From: Squalus acanthias
Taxonomy: Eukaryota
Direction of reading: 5' to 3'
Assembly (NCBI GenBank): GCA_030390025.1
Contig: JASTWF010000034.1
Span: forward strand, 930,001 to 994,000
DNA length: 64,000 nucleotides
The notes under the pieces are model-generated. The model was not told the origin of the DNA and made no database searches. It saw only the letters and a list, made by a program, of their open reading frames with translations. A program made the translations under genes and the position numbers. Below, in pieces: positions 1 through 14,300 of the stretch. Position 1 is the first letter of the stretch, and each line of letters begins with the position of its first letter.

Positions 1-793
1 TCAGTGACCCTGCGTCCACAATACCCAGGGTCAGTGACCCTGTGTCCACAATGCCCAGGGTCAGTGATCCTGTACCCACAATGCCCAGGGTCAGTGACTC
101 TGTGTCCACAATACCCAAGGTCAGTGACCCTGTGTCCACAATGCCCAGGGTCAGTGACCCTGTGTCCACAATACCCAAGGTCAGTGACCCTGTGTCCACA
201 ATGCCCAGGGTCAGTGACCCTGTACCCACAATGCCCAAGGTCAGTGACCCTGTACCCACAATGCCCAGGGTCAGTGGCCGTGTACCCACAATGCCCAGGG
301 TCAGTCACCCTGTACCTACAATGCCTTTGTCAGTGACCTTGTACCCACAATGCCCAGGGTCAGTGAACTTGTACCCACAATGACCAGGTTCAGTGACCCT
401 GTACCCAAAATGCCCTGGGTCAGTGACTTTGTACCCACAATGCCCAGGGTCAGTGACCCTGTACCCACAATGCACAGGGTCAGTGGTTTTGTACCCACAA
501 TGCCCAGGGTCAGTGACCCTGTGTCCACAATGCCCAGGGTCAGTGACCCTGTGTCCACAATGCCCAGGGTCAGTGACCCTGTATCCACAATCCCCAGGGA
601 CAGTGACCCTGTGTCCATAATGCACCGGGTCAGTGAGCCTGTGTCTACAATGCCCCGGGTCAGTGACCCTGTGTCTATACTGCCCAAGGTCAGTGACCCT
701 GTGTCCACAATGCCCAGGGTCAGTGACTCTGTGTCCACAATGCCCAGGGTCAGAGACCCTGTGTCCACAATGCCCAGGGTCAGTGACCCTGTA
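1..793. repeat. 30-bp minisatellite A (TCAGTGACCCTGTACCCACAATGCCCAGGG), ~26 units, runs off the window start
   Basis: Direct 30-nt periodicity; reverse complement of the arrays at 54680-55425 and 56840-57430. Confidence 0.95.
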
Positions 794-2395
794 CCTTTTA
801 GCAGTGTGTTACGGTGAGGGGTGTGGGGTATATCAATGTGTGACATTAAGGGTTTTAACCTTTTAGCAGTGTGTAACAGTGAGGGGTGTGGGGATTATCA
901 ATGTGTGACATTAAGGGTTTGTTCCTTTTAGCAGTGTATAACTGTGAGGGGTGTGGGGTATATCAATGTGTGATATTTAGGGCTTGTTCCTTTTAGCAGT
1001 GTGTAACAGTGAGGGCTGTGGGGTATATCAATGTGTGACATTCAGGGTGTGTTCCTTTTAGCAGTGTGTAACAGTGAGGGGTGTGGGGTATATCAATGTG
1101 TGACATTAACGGTTTGTTCCTTTTAGCAGTGTGTAACAGTGAGGGGTGTGGGATATATCAATGTGTGACATTAAGGGTTTGATCCTTTTAGCAGTGTGTT
1201 ACAGTGAGGGGTGTGGGGTATATCAATGTGTGACATTAAGGGTTTGTTCCTTTTAGCAGTGTGTAACAGTGAGGGGTGTGGGATATATCAATGTGTGACA
1301 TTAAGGATTTGATCCTTTTAGCAGTGTGTAACAGTGAGGGGTGTGGGATATATCAATGTGTGACATTAAGGGTTTGTTCCTTTTAGCAGTGTGTTACATT
1401 GAGGGGTGTGGGGTATATCAATGTGTGACATTAAGGGTTTGTTCCTTTTAGCAGTGTAACAGTGAGGGGTGTGGGGTATATCAGTGTTACAGTGAGGGGT
1501 GTGGGGTATATCAATGTGTGACATTAAGGGTTTGTTCCTTTTAGCAGTGTGTTACAGTGAGGGGTGCGGGGTATATCAATGTGTGACATTAAGGGTTTGA
1601 TCCTTTTAGCAGTGTGTTACAGTGAGGGGTGTGGGGTATATCAATGTGTGACATTAAGTGTTTGTTCCTTTTAGCAGTGTGTTACAGTGAGGGGTGCGGG
1701 ATATATCAATGTGTGACATTAAGGGTTTGATCCTTTTAGCAGTGTGTAACAGTGAGGGGTGTGGGGTATATCAATGTGTGACATTAAGGGTTTGATCCTT
1801 TTAGCAGTGTGTTACAGTGAGGGGTGTGGGGTATATCAATGTGTGACATTAAGGGTTTGACCTTTTAGCAGTGTGTTACAGTGAGGGGTGTGGGGTATAT
1901 CAATGTGTGACATTAAGGGTTTGATCTTTTAGCAGTGTGTAACAGTGAGGGGTGTGGGGTATATCAATGTGAGACATTAAGGTTTGTTCCTTTTAGCAGT
2001 GTGTTACAGTGAGGGGTGTGGGGTATATCAATGTGTGACATTAAGGGTTTGTTCCTTTTAGCAGTGTGTAACAGTGAGGGGTGTGGGGTATATCAATGTG
2101 TGACATTAAGGGATTGTTCCTTTTAGCAGTGTGTTACAGTGAGGGGTGTGGGGTATATCAATGTGTGACATTAAGGGTTTGTTCCTTTTAGCAGTGTGTA
2201 ACAGTGAGGGGTGTGGGGTATATCAATGTGTGACATTAAGGGATTGTTCCTTTTAGCAGTGTGTAACAGTGAGGTGTGTGGGGTATATCAATGTGTGACA
2301 ATAAGGGTCTGCTCCTTCTTAGCAGTGTGTTAAAGTGAGGGGTGTGGGGTAAATCAATGTGTGACATTAAGAGTTTGTTCCTTTTAGCAGTGTGG
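794..2395. repeat. 65-bp tandem repeat (CCTTTTAGCAGTGTGTTACAGTGAGGGGTGTGGGGTATATCAATGTGTGACATTAAGGGTTTGTT)
   Basis: GTTCC anchors at 1051 and 1116 give a 65-nt period; the unit contains the adjacent 30-bp motif. Confidence 0.93.
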
Positions 2396-5300
2396 GGTAT
2401 ATCAAAATGTTACTGCGTGTGGACTATCAGTGTGTTACAGTGAGAGCTGTGGTGTATATCAGTGTGTTACAGTGAGGTGTGTGGGGTATATCAGTATTCC
2501 AGTGAGTTGTGTGGTGTTTATCAGTGTTACAGTGATGGGTGTGGGGTATATCAGCTTATTTTAGCGAGGAGTGGTGTATATCAGTTTTACAGGGAGGCGT
2601 GTTGGGTATGTCTGGCTGTTAAAGTGAGAGGTGTTGGATATATCTGTTACAGTCAGTGGTGTGGGGTATATCTGTTACAGTGAGCAGTTTGGGCTGTATC
2701 AGTGTAACAGAGAGGGGTATGTCGTATATGTGAGTGTTTCAGTGAGGGGTATATCAGTGTTACAGTGAGGGGTGTGGGGTATATCAGTGTTACAGTGTGG
2801 GGAGTGGGGTATATCAGTGATATAGTGAGGAGTGTGAGGTATATCAGTGTTACAGTGAGTGGTGTGGGGTATATCAGTGTTACAGTGAGGTGTGTGAGGT
2901 ATATCCGTGTTACAGTGAGGGTTGTCGGGTATTTCAGTGTTACAGTGAGGTGTGTATGGTATATCAGTGTTACAGTGAGGGGTGTGGGGTATATCAATGT
3001 TACAGTGAGGGGTGTGGGGTATATCAGTGTTACAGTGTGGGGTGTGGGGAATATCGGTGTTACAGTGAGGGGTGTGGAGTATATCAGTGTTACAGTGAGG
3101 GGTGCGGGGTATAACAGTGTTGCAGTGAGGGGTGTTGGGTATATCAGTATTACAGTGAGGGGTGTGGGGTATTTCAATGTTACAGTGAGGGGTGTTGGGT
3201 ATATCAGTGTTACAGTGAGGTGTGTGAGGTATATCAGGGTTCCAGTGAGGGGTGGTGGGTATATCAGAGTTACAGTGAGGGGTGTGAGGTATATCAGTGT
3301 TACAGCGAGTGGTGTGGGGCATATCAGTGCTACCGTGAGGTGTGTGAGCTATATCAGGGTTACAGTGAGGGGTGTGGGGTATATCAGGGTTACAGTGAGG
3401 GGTGTGGGGTATATCAGTGTTACAGTGAGGGGTGTGTCGTATATCAGAGTGTTAAAGTGAGAGGTGTGGGGTATATCAGTGTTACAGTGCGAGGTGTGGG
3501 GTACATCAGTGTTACATTGAGGAGTGTGGCGTATATCAGTGTTGCAGTGAGAGGTGTGGGGTATATCAGTGTTACAGAGAGGGGTGCGGGGTATATCAGT
3601 GTTACAGTGAGGGGTGTGGGGTATATCAGTGTTACAGTGAGGGGTGTGTGGTATATCAGTGTTACAGTGAGGGGTGTGGGGTATTTCAGTGTTACAGTGA
3701 GGGGTGTGGGTATATCAGTGTTACAGTGAGGGGTGTGGGGTATATCACTGTTAAAGTGAGCGGTGTGTGGTATATCTGTGTTCCAGTGAGGTGTGGGGTA
3801 TATCAGTGTTACAGTGAGGGGTGTGGGGTATAGCCGTGTGTTACAGTGAGGGGTGTGGGGTATATCAGTGTGTTACAGTGAGGGGTGTGGAGTATATCAG
3901 TGTTACAGTGAGGGGTGTGGTGCATATCAGTGTTACAGTGAAGGATGTGGGGTATATCAGTGATACAGTGAGGGGTGTGGGGTATATCAGTGTTAAAGTG
4001 AGGGGTGTGGGTTATGTCAGTGTTACAGTGAGGGGTGTGGGGTATGTCAGTGTTACAGTGAGGGGTGTGGCGTTTCTCAACGTTGCAGTGAGTGTTGTGG
4101 GGTATATCAGTGTTGCAGTGAGGTGTGTGGGGTATATCAGTGTGTTACAGTGAGTGGTGTGGGTAATATCCGTGTTACAGTGAGGGGTGTGGGGTATATC
4201 AGTTTTTCAGTGAGTGGTGGGGGGTATGTCAGTGTTACAGTGAGGGGTGTGTGGTATATCAGTGTTAGGGTGAGGGGTGTGGGGTATATCAGTGTTACAG
4301 TGAGTGGTGTGGGGTATATCAGTGTTACAGTGAGTGGTGTGTGGTATATCAGTGTTACAGTGAGGGGTGTGGGGTATATCGGTGTTACAGTGAGGAGTGT
4401 GGGGTATCTCAGTGTTACAGAGAGGGGTGCGGGGTATATCTGTGTTACAGTGAGGGGTGTGGGTATATCAGTGTTACAGTGAGGGGTGTGGGGTATATCA
4501 GTGTTACAGTGAGGGGTGTGGGGTATATCAGTGTTACAGTGAGGGGTGTGGGGTATATCAGTGTTACAGTGAGGGGTGTGGGTATATCAGAGTTACAGTG
4601 AGGGGTGTGGGGTATATCACTGTTACAGTGAGCGGTGTGTGGTATATCAGTGTTCCAGTGAGGTGTGGGGTATATCAGTGTTACAGTGAGGGGTGTGGGG
4701 TATAGCCGTGTGTTACAGTGAGGGGTGTGGGGTATATCAGTGTGTTACAGTGAGGGGTGTGGAGTATATCAGTGTTACAGTGAGGGGTGTGGTGTATATC
4801 AGTGTTACAGTGAGGGGTGTGGGTTATATCAGTGTTACAGTGAGGGGTGTGGGGTATGTCAGTGTTACAGTGAGGGGTGTGGCGTTTCTCAACGTTGCAG
4901 TGAGTGGTGTGGGGTATATCAGTGTTGCAGTGAGGTGTGTGGGGTATATCAGTGTGTTACAGTGAGTGGTGTGGGTTATATCCGTGTTACAGTGAGGGGT
5001 GTGGGGTATATCAGTGTTACAGTGAGGGGTGTGGCGTTTCTCAACGTTGCAGTGAGTGGTGTGGGGTATATCAGTGTTGCAGTGAGGTGTGTGGGGTATA
5101 TCAGTGTGTTACAGTGAGTGGTGTGGGGTATATCAGTGTTACAGTATGGGGTGTGGGGTATGTCAGTGTTACAGTGAGGGGTGTGGGGTATATCAGTGTT
5201 ACGGTTGTGGTGTGGGGTATATCAGTGTTACAGTGAGGGGTGTGGGGTATTTCAGTGTTACAGTGAGGGATGTGAGGTATCAGTGTTGCACTGAGAGGTG

Positions 5301-8300
5301 TGGGGTATATGAGATTTTTACAGTGAGGGGTGTGGGGTATATCAGTGTTACAGTGAGGGGTGTGGGGTATTTCAGTGTTACAGTGAGGGATGTGAGGTAT
5401 CAGTGTTGCACTGAGAGGTGTGGGGTATATGAGATTGTTACAGTGTGGGGGTTTGGTTATATAAGAGTAGTACTCTGAGCGATGTGGGGTATATCAGTGT
5501 TACAGTGAGGGGTGTGGGTAATATCAATATGTGACAGTGAGGGTTTTTGGGTATTTCAGTGTTACAGTGAGGGGTTTTGGGGTATATCAGTGTGTTACAG
5601 TGAGTGGTGTGGGTTATATCCGTGTTACAGTGAGGGGTGTGGGGTATATCAGTTTTTCAGTGAGTGGTGGGGGGTATGTCAGTGTTACAGTGAGGGGTGT
5701 GTGGTATATCAGTGTTAGGGTGTGGGGTGTGGGGTATATCAGTGTTACAGTGAGTGGTGTGGGGTATATCAGTGTTACAGTGAGTGGTCTGTGGTATATC
5801 AGTGTTACAGTGAGGGGTGTGGGGTATATCGGTGTTACAGTGAGGAGTGTGGGGTATCTCAGTGTTACAGAGAGGGGTGCGGGGTATATCTGTGTTACAG
5901 TGAGGGGTGTGGGTATATCAGTGTTACAGTGAGGGGTGTGGGGTATATCAGTGTTACAGTGAGGGGTGTGGGTATATCACAGTTACAGTGAGGGGTGTGG
6001 GGTATATCACTGTTACAGTGAGCGGTGTGTGGTATATCAGTGTTCCAGTGAGGTGTGGGGTATATCAGTGTTACAGAGAGGGGTGCGGGGTATATCAGTG
6101 TTACAGTGAGGGGTGTGGGGTATATCAGTGTTACAGTGAGGGGTGTGTGGTATATCAGTGTTACAGTGAGGGGTGTGGGGTATTTCAGTGTTACAGTGAG
6201 GGGTGTGGGTATATCAGTGTTACAGTGAGGGGTGTGGGGTATATCACTGTTACAGTGAGCGGTGTGTGGTATATCTGTGTTCCAGTGAGGTGTGGGGTAT
6301 ATCAGTGTTACAGTGAGGGGTGTGGGGTATATCAGTGTTACAGTGAGGGGTGTGGGTATATCAGTGTTACAGTGAGGGGTGTGGGGTATATCAGTGTTAC
6401 AGTGAGGGGTGTGTGGTATATCAGTGTTACAGTGAGGGGTGTGGGGTATTTCAGTGTTACAGTGAGGGGTGTGGGTATATCAGTGTTACAGTGAGGGGTG
6501 TGGGGTATATCACTGTTACAGTGAGCGGTGTGTGGTATATCTGTGTTCCAGTGAGGTGTGGGTATATCAGTGTTACAGTGAGGGGTGTGGGGTATATCAG
6601 TGTTACAGTGAGGGGTGTGGGTATATCACAGTTACAGTGAGGGGTGTGGGGTATATCACTGTTACAGTGAGCGGTGTGTGGTATATCAGTGTTCCAGTGA
6701 GGTGTGGGGTATATCAGTGTTACAGAGAGGGGTGCGGGGTATATCAGTGTTACAGTGAGGGGTGTGGGGTATATCAGTGTTACAGTGAGGGGTGTGTGGT
6801 ATATCAGTGTTACAGTGAGGGGTGTGGGGTATTTCAGTGTTACAGTGAGGGGTGTGGGTATATCAGTGTTACAGTGAGGGGTGTGGGGTATATCACTGTT
6901 ACAGTGAGCGGTGTGTGGTATATCTGTGTTCCAGTGAGGTGTGGGGTATATCAGTGTTACAGTGAGGGGTGTGGGGTATATCAGTGTGTTACAGTGAGTG
7001 GTGTGGGTTATATCCGTGTTACAGTGAGGGGTGTGGGGTATATCAGTGTTACAGTGAGGGGTGTGGCGTTTCTCAACGTTACAGTGAGTGGTGTGGGGTA
7101 TATCAGTGTTGCAGTGAGGTGTGTGGGGTATATCAGTGTGTTACAGTGAGTGGTGTGGGGTATATCAGTGTTACAGTATGGGGTGTGGGGTATGTCAGTG
7201 TTACAGTGAGGGGTGTGGGGTATATCAGTGTTACGGTTGGGGTGTGGGGTATATCAGTGTTACAGTGAGGGGTGTGGGGTATTTCAGTGTTACAGTGAGG
7301 GATGTGAGGTATCAGTGTTGCACTGAGAGGTGTGGGGTATATGAGATTGTTAAAGTGAGGGGTGTGGGGTATATCAGTGTTACAGTGAGGGGTGTGGGGT
7401 ATTTCAGTGTTACAGTGAGGGATGTGAGGTATCAGTGTTGCACTGAGAGGTGTGGGGTATATGAGATTGTTACAGTGTGGGGGTTTGGTTATATAAGAGT
7501 AGTACTCTGAGCGATGTGGGGTATATCAGTGTTACAGTGAGGGGTGTGGGTAATATCAATATGTGACAGTGAGGGTTTTTGGGTATTTCAGTGTTACAGT
7601 GAGGGGTTTTGGGGTATTTCAGTGTTACAGTGAGGGGTGTGGGTTATATCAGTTTTACAGTGAGGGGTGTGGGGTATATCAGTGTTACAGTGAGTGGTGT
7701 GTGGTATATCAGTGTTACAGTGAGGGGTGTGGGGTATGTCAGATCGTTACAGTGAGAAGTGGGGGTATATCAGTTTTACAGTGAGGGGTGTGGGGTATAT
7801 CAGGGTGTTACAATGAGGGGTGTGGCGTATATCAGTGTTACAGTGAGTGGTGTGTGGTATATCAGTGTTACAGTGAGGGGTGTGTGGTATATCAGTGTTA
7901 CAGTGAGTGGTGTGGCGTATATCAGTGTTACTGTGAGGGGTGTGGGGTATATCAGTGCGTTACAGTGAGGGGTGTGGGGTATATCAGTGTTACAGTGAGT
8001 GGTGTGAGTTATATTAGTATTACAGTGAGTGGTGTGGGGTATATCAGTGTTACAGTGAAGGGTGTGGGGTATATCAGTGTTACAGTGAGTGGTGTAGGGA
8101 ATATCAGTGTTACAGTGAGTGGCGTGGCGTATATCAGTGTTACAGTGAGGGGTGTGGGGTATATCAGTGATACAGTGCGGGGTGAGCGGTATATCAGGGT
8201 TACAGTGAGAGGTTTGGGGTATATCAGTGTTACAGTGAGGAGTGTCGGGTATATCAGTGTTACAGTGAGGGGTGTGTGGTATATCAGTGTTACAGTGTGG

Positions 8301-11300
8301 GGTGAGCGGTATATCAGTGTTACAGTGAGGGGTGTGGGGTATATCAGTGTTACAGTGAGGGGTGTGGGTTATATCAGTGTTACAGTGAGGGGTGTGGCGT
8401 ATATCAATGTTACAGTGATTGGTGTGGAATATATCAGTGTTACAGTGACGGGTGTGGGGTATATCAATGTTACAGTGAGTGGTGTGGGGTCTATCAAAAT
8501 GTTACAGTGAGGCGTTTGGGGAATATCAGATGGTTACAGTGATGGGTGTGCGGTACATCAGTGTGTGACAATAAATGTTTTTAGGTTATGTCAGCGAATG
8601 TTTTAATGAGGCATGTGTGGTATATCAGTGTGTGACAATAAGGGTTTTTTGTATTATATCAGAGAGTGTTACGGTGTCGGGTACATCAATGTGTGACAAT
8701 AAGGCTTTGTGGCTTATAGCAGTGTGTAACAGTGAGGGGTGTGGGGTGTATCAAAGTTTTACTGTGACGGGTGTGGTGTATATCAGAGTGTTACACTGAG
8801 GGGCGTGGGTTCTATCAGAGTGGATCAGTGAGGGGTGTGGTGTATATCAGTGTTAGAGTAGCAGTGTTACAGTGAGGGGTGAGCGGTATATCAGTGTGTT
8901 ACAGTGAGGGGTGTGGGATATATTTGTTACTATGTGTTGTGTGAGGTATATCAGTGTTACAGTGAGTGGTGTGGGTTATGTCAGTGTTATATCAGTGTTA
9001 CAGTGAGGTGTGTGTGGTGTATCAGTGTTGCAGTGAGGGGTGTGGGTATATAAGTTTTACAGTGAGGGGTGTGGGGTATATCAGAGTGTTACAGTGAGGG
9101 GTGTGGGATATATCAGTGTTACAGTGAGTGGTGTGGGTTATGTCAGTTTTATGGTGAGGGGTGTGGGGTATATAGTTTTACAGTGAGGGGTGTGGGGTGT
9201 ATCAGTGTTACAATGAGAGGTGTGGGGTATATCAGTGTTATCGTGAGGGGTGTGGAGTATATCAGTTTTACAGTGAGGGGAGTGGGGTGTATCAGTGTTA
9301 CAGTAAGGGGTGTGGGGTATATAAGAGTGTTACAGTGAGGGGTGTGGGGTATATCAGTTTTACAGTGAGGGTGTGGGGTATATCAGAGTTACAGTGAGTG
9401 GTGTGGGGTATATCATTGTGTTATAGTAAGGGGTGTGGGGTATGTAAGAGTGTTACAGAGAGGGCTGTGAGATAGTGTGTTACAGTGAGCCTATTGTGTA
9501 TATCAGTGTTACAGTGAGGGTATTATGTATATCAGTATTACAATTAGGGGTGTGGGGTATATCAGTTTTACAGTGAGGGGTGTGGGGTGTATCAGTTTTA
9601 CAGTGAGGGGTGTGGGGTATATCAGTTTTACATTAAGGGGTGTGCGGTACATGAATGTTACAGTGAGGAGTGTGGGTTATATCATTGTATGACTAAGAAC
9701 TTGTGAGTTATATCAGCGTGTTACTTTGAGGGGTGAGGGGTATATCAGATCCTTACTGTGAGGGGCGTGGGCCATATCAGTGTGGTACTCTGAGCGGTAT
9801 GAGGTATATCAGTGTTACAGTGAAAGGTGTGGGGTATATCAGTGTTACAGTGAGGGGTGTGGGGTATATGAGTGTTACAGTGAGGTGTGTGGGGAATATC
9901 AGTGTTACAGTGAGGGGTATATTAGTGTTACAGTGATGGGGTGTGGGGTATATCAGTGTTACAGTGGGGGATTTGGGTCTATCAGAATGTTACAGTGGGG
10001 TTCTGAGGTATATCAGTGTTACAGTGAGTGGCGTGGGGTAGATTAGTGTTACAGTGAGGGGTGTGGGGTATATCAGTGTTACAGTGAGGGGTGTGGGGTA
10101 TATCAGTGTTACAGTGTGGGGTATGGGCTGTATCAGTGTTACAGTGAGGGGTGTGTGGTATATCAGTGTTACAGTGAGGGGTGTGGGGTATTTCAGTGTT
10201 ATAGTGAGGGGTGTAGGGTATATCAGTTTTACAGTGAGGGGTGTGGGGTATATCAGTGTTACAGTGAGGGGTGTGGGGTATTTCAGAGTTACAGTGAGGG
10301 GTGTGGGGTATCTCAGTGTTACAGTGAGGGGTGTGGGGTATGTCAGTGTTACAGTGAGGGGTGTGATGTATATCAGTGTTACAGTGAGTGGTGTGGGGTA
10401 TATCAGTGTTACAGTGAGTGGTGTGTGGTATATCAGTGTTACAGTGAGGGGTGTGGGGTATATCAGTGTTACAATGAGGAGTGTAGGGTATATCAGTGTT
10501 ACAGTGAGTGGTGTGGGGTTTATCAGTGTTACGGTATGGGATGTGGGGTATATCAGTGTTACAGTGAGGGGTGTGGGGTATTTCAGTGTTACAGTGAGGG
10601 ATGTGAGGTATCAGTGTTGCACTGAGAGGTGTGGGGTATATGAGATTGTTACAGTGTGGGGGTTGGGTTATATAAGAGTGGTACTCTGAGCGATGTGGGG
10701 TATATCAGTGTTACAGTGAGGGGTGAGGGTAATATCAATATGTGACAGTGAGGGTTTTGGGGTATTTCAGTGTTACAGTGAGGGGTGAGGGGTATATCAG
10801 TGTTACAGTGAGGGATGTGGGGTATGTGAGTGTTACATTAAGGGGTGTGGGGTATATCAGTTTGTTACAGTGAGGGGTGTGGGTATATCAGTGTTACAGT
10901 GAGGGGTGTGGGGTATATCAGTGTTACAGTGAGGGGTGTGGGGTATTTCAATGTTACAGTGAGGGGTGTGGGGTATCTCAGTGTTACAGTGAGGGGTGTG
11001 GGGTATGTCAGTGTTACAGTGAGTGGTGTGGGGTATGTCAGTGTTACAGTGAGTGGTGTGTGGTATATCAGTGTTACAGTGAGTGGTGTGGGGTATATCA
11101 GTGTTAGTGAGGGATGTGGGGTATTTCAGTTTTATAGTGAGGGGTGTGGGGTATATCAGTGTTACAGTGAGGGGTGTGGGTATATCTGTGTTACAGTGAA
11201 CGATGTGGGGTATATCAGTGTTACAGTGTGGGGTGTATTAGTGTGTTACAGTGAGGGGTGTGGGGTATATCTGTGTTACAGTGAGGGGAATGGGCTATAT

Positions 11301-14300
11301 CTGTTACAGTGAGGGGTGTGGGGTATATCAGTTTTACGGTGAGGGATGTGGGGTATATCAGTGTTACAGTGAGTGGTGTGGGGTATATCAGTGTTACAGT
11401 GAGGGGTGAGGGGTATATCAGTTTTACAGTGAGGGATGTGGGGTATGTGAGTGTTACAGTGAGTGGTGTGGGGTATATCAGTTTGTTACAGTGAGGGGTG
11501 TGGGGTATATCAGTGTTACAGTGAGGGGTGTGGGGTATATCAGTGTTACAGTGAGGGGTGTGGGGTATATCAGTGTTACAGTGAGGGGTGTGGAGTATAT
11601 CAGTGTTACAGTGAGGGGTGTGGGGTATATCACTGTTACAGTGAGCGGTGTGTGGTATATCTGTGTTCCAGTGAGGTGTGGGGTATATCAGTGTTACAGT
11701 GAGGGGTGTGGGGTATATCAGTGTTAAAGTGAGGGGTGTGTGGTATATCAGTGTTACAGTGATGGGTGTGGGGTATTTCAGTGTTACAGTGAGGGGTGTG
11801 GGTATATCAGTGTTACAGTGAGGGGTGTGGGGTATATCACTGTTACAGTGAGCGGTGTGTGGTATATCTGTGTTCCAGTGAGGTGTGGGGTATATCAGTG
11901 TTACAGTGAGGGGTGTGGGGTATAGCCGTGTGTTACAGTGAGGGGTGTGGGGTATATCAGTGTGTTACAGTGAGGGGTGTGGAGTATATCAGTGTTACAG
12001 TGAGGGGTGTGGTGTATATCAGTGTTACAGTGAAGGGTGTGGGGTATATCAGTGTTACAGTGAGGGGTGTGGGGTATATCAGTGTTAAAGTGAGGGGTGT
12101 GGGTTATGTCAGTGTTACAGTGAGGGGTGTGGGGTATGTCAGTGTTACAGTGAGGGGTGTGGCGTTTCTCAACGTTGCAGTGAATGTTGTGGGGTATATC
12201 ATTGTTGCAGTGAGGTGTGTGGGGTATATCAGTGTGTTACAGTGAGTGATGTGGGTTATATCCGTGTTACAGTGAGGGGTGTGGGGTATATCAGTTTTTC
12301 AGTGAGTGGTGGGGGGTATGTCAGTGTTACAGTGAGTGGTGTCTGGTATATCAGTGTTACAGTGAGGGGTGTGGGGTATATCGGTGTTACAGTGAGGAGT
12401 GTGGGGTATCTCAGTGTTACAGAGAGGGGTGCGGGGTATATCTGTGTTACAGTGAGGGGTGTGGGTATATCAGTGTTACAGTGAGGGGTGTGGGGTATAT
12501 CAGTGTTACAGTGAGGGGTGTGGGGTATATCGGTGTTACAGTGAGGAGTGTGGGGTATATCAGTGTTACAGAGAGGGGTGCGGGGTATATCAGTGTTACA
12601 GTGAGGGGTGTGGGGTATATCAGTGTTACAGTGAGGGGTGTGTGGTATATCAGTGTTACAGTGAGGGGTGTGGGGTATTTCAGTGTTACAGTGAGGGGTG
12701 TGGGTATATCAGTGTTACAGTGAGGGGTGTGGGGTATATCACTGTTACAGTGAGCGGTGTGTGGTATATCTGTGTTCCAGTGAGGTGTGGGGTATATCAG
12801 TGTTACAGTGAGGGGTGTGGGGTATAGCCGTGTGTTACAGTGAGGGGTGTGGGGTATATCAGTGTGTTACAGTGAGGGGTGTGGAGTATATCAGTGTTAC
12901 AGTGAGGGGTGTGGTGTATATCAGTGTTACAGTGAAGGGTGTGGGGTATATCAGTGTTACAGTGAGGGGTGTGGGGTATATCAGTGTTAAAGTGAGGGGT
13001 GTGGGTTATGTCAGTGTTACAGTGAGGGGTGTGGGGTATGTCAGTGTTACAGTGAGGGGTGTGGCGTTTCTCAACGTTGCAGTGAGTGTTGTGGGGTATA
13101 TCATTGTTGCAGTGAGGTGTGTGGGGTATATCAGTGTGTTACAGTGAGTGGTGTGGGTTATATCCGTGTTACAGTGAGGGGTGTGGGGTATATCAGTTTT
13201 TCAGTGAGTGGTGGGGGTTATGTCAGTGTTACAGTGAGGGGTGTGTGGTATATCAGTGTTAGGGTGAGGGGTGTGGGGTATATCAGTGTTACAGTGAGTG
13301 GTGTGGGGTATATCAGTGTTACAGTGAGTGGTGTGTGGTATATCAGTATTACAGTGAGGGGTGTGGGGTATATCGGTGTTACAGTGAGGAGTGTGGGGTA
13401 TCTCAGTGTTACAGAGAGGGGTGCGGGTTATATCTGTGTTACAGTGAGGGGTGTGGGTATATCAGTGTTACAGTGAGGGGTGTGGGGTATATCAGTGTTA
13501 GATTGAGGGGTGTGGGGTATATCAGTGTTACAGTGAGGGGTGTGGGGTATATCAGTGTTACAGTGAGGGGTGTGGGTATATCAGTGTTACAGTGAGGGGT
13601 GTGGGGTATATCAGTGTTACAGTGAGGGGTGTGGAGTATATCAGTGTTACAGTGAGGGGTGCGGGGTATAACAGTGTTGCAGTGAGGGGTGTTGGGTATA
13701 TCAGTATTACAGTGAGGGGTGTGGGGTACATCAGTGTTACATTGAGGAGTGTGGCGTATATCAGTGTTGCAGTGAGAGGTGTGGGGTATATCAGCGTTAC
13801 AGTGAGAGGTGTGGGGTATATCAGTGTCACAGTGAGGGGTGTGGGGTATATCAGTGTTACAGTGAGGGGTGTGGGGTATATCGGTGTTACAGTGAGGAGT
13901 GTGGGGTATATCAGTGTTACAGAGAGGGGTGCGGGGTATATCAGTGTTACAGTGAGGGGTGTGTGGTATATCAGTGTTACAGTGAGGGGTGAGGGGTATT
14001 TCAGTGTTACAGTGAGGGGTGTGGGTATATCAGTGTTACAGTGAGGGGTGTGGGGTATATCACTGTTACAGTGAGCGGTGTGTGGTATATCTGTGTTCCA
14101 GTGAGGTGTGGGGTATATCAGTGTTACAGTGAGGGGTGTGGGGTATAGCCGTGTGTTACAGTGAGGGGTGTGGGGTATATCAGTGTGTTACAGTGAGGGG
14201 TGTGGAGTATATCAGTGTTACAGTGAGGGGTGTGGTGTATATCAGTGTTACAGTGAGGGGTGTGGGGTATGTCAGTGTTACAGTGAGGGGTGTGGCGTTT

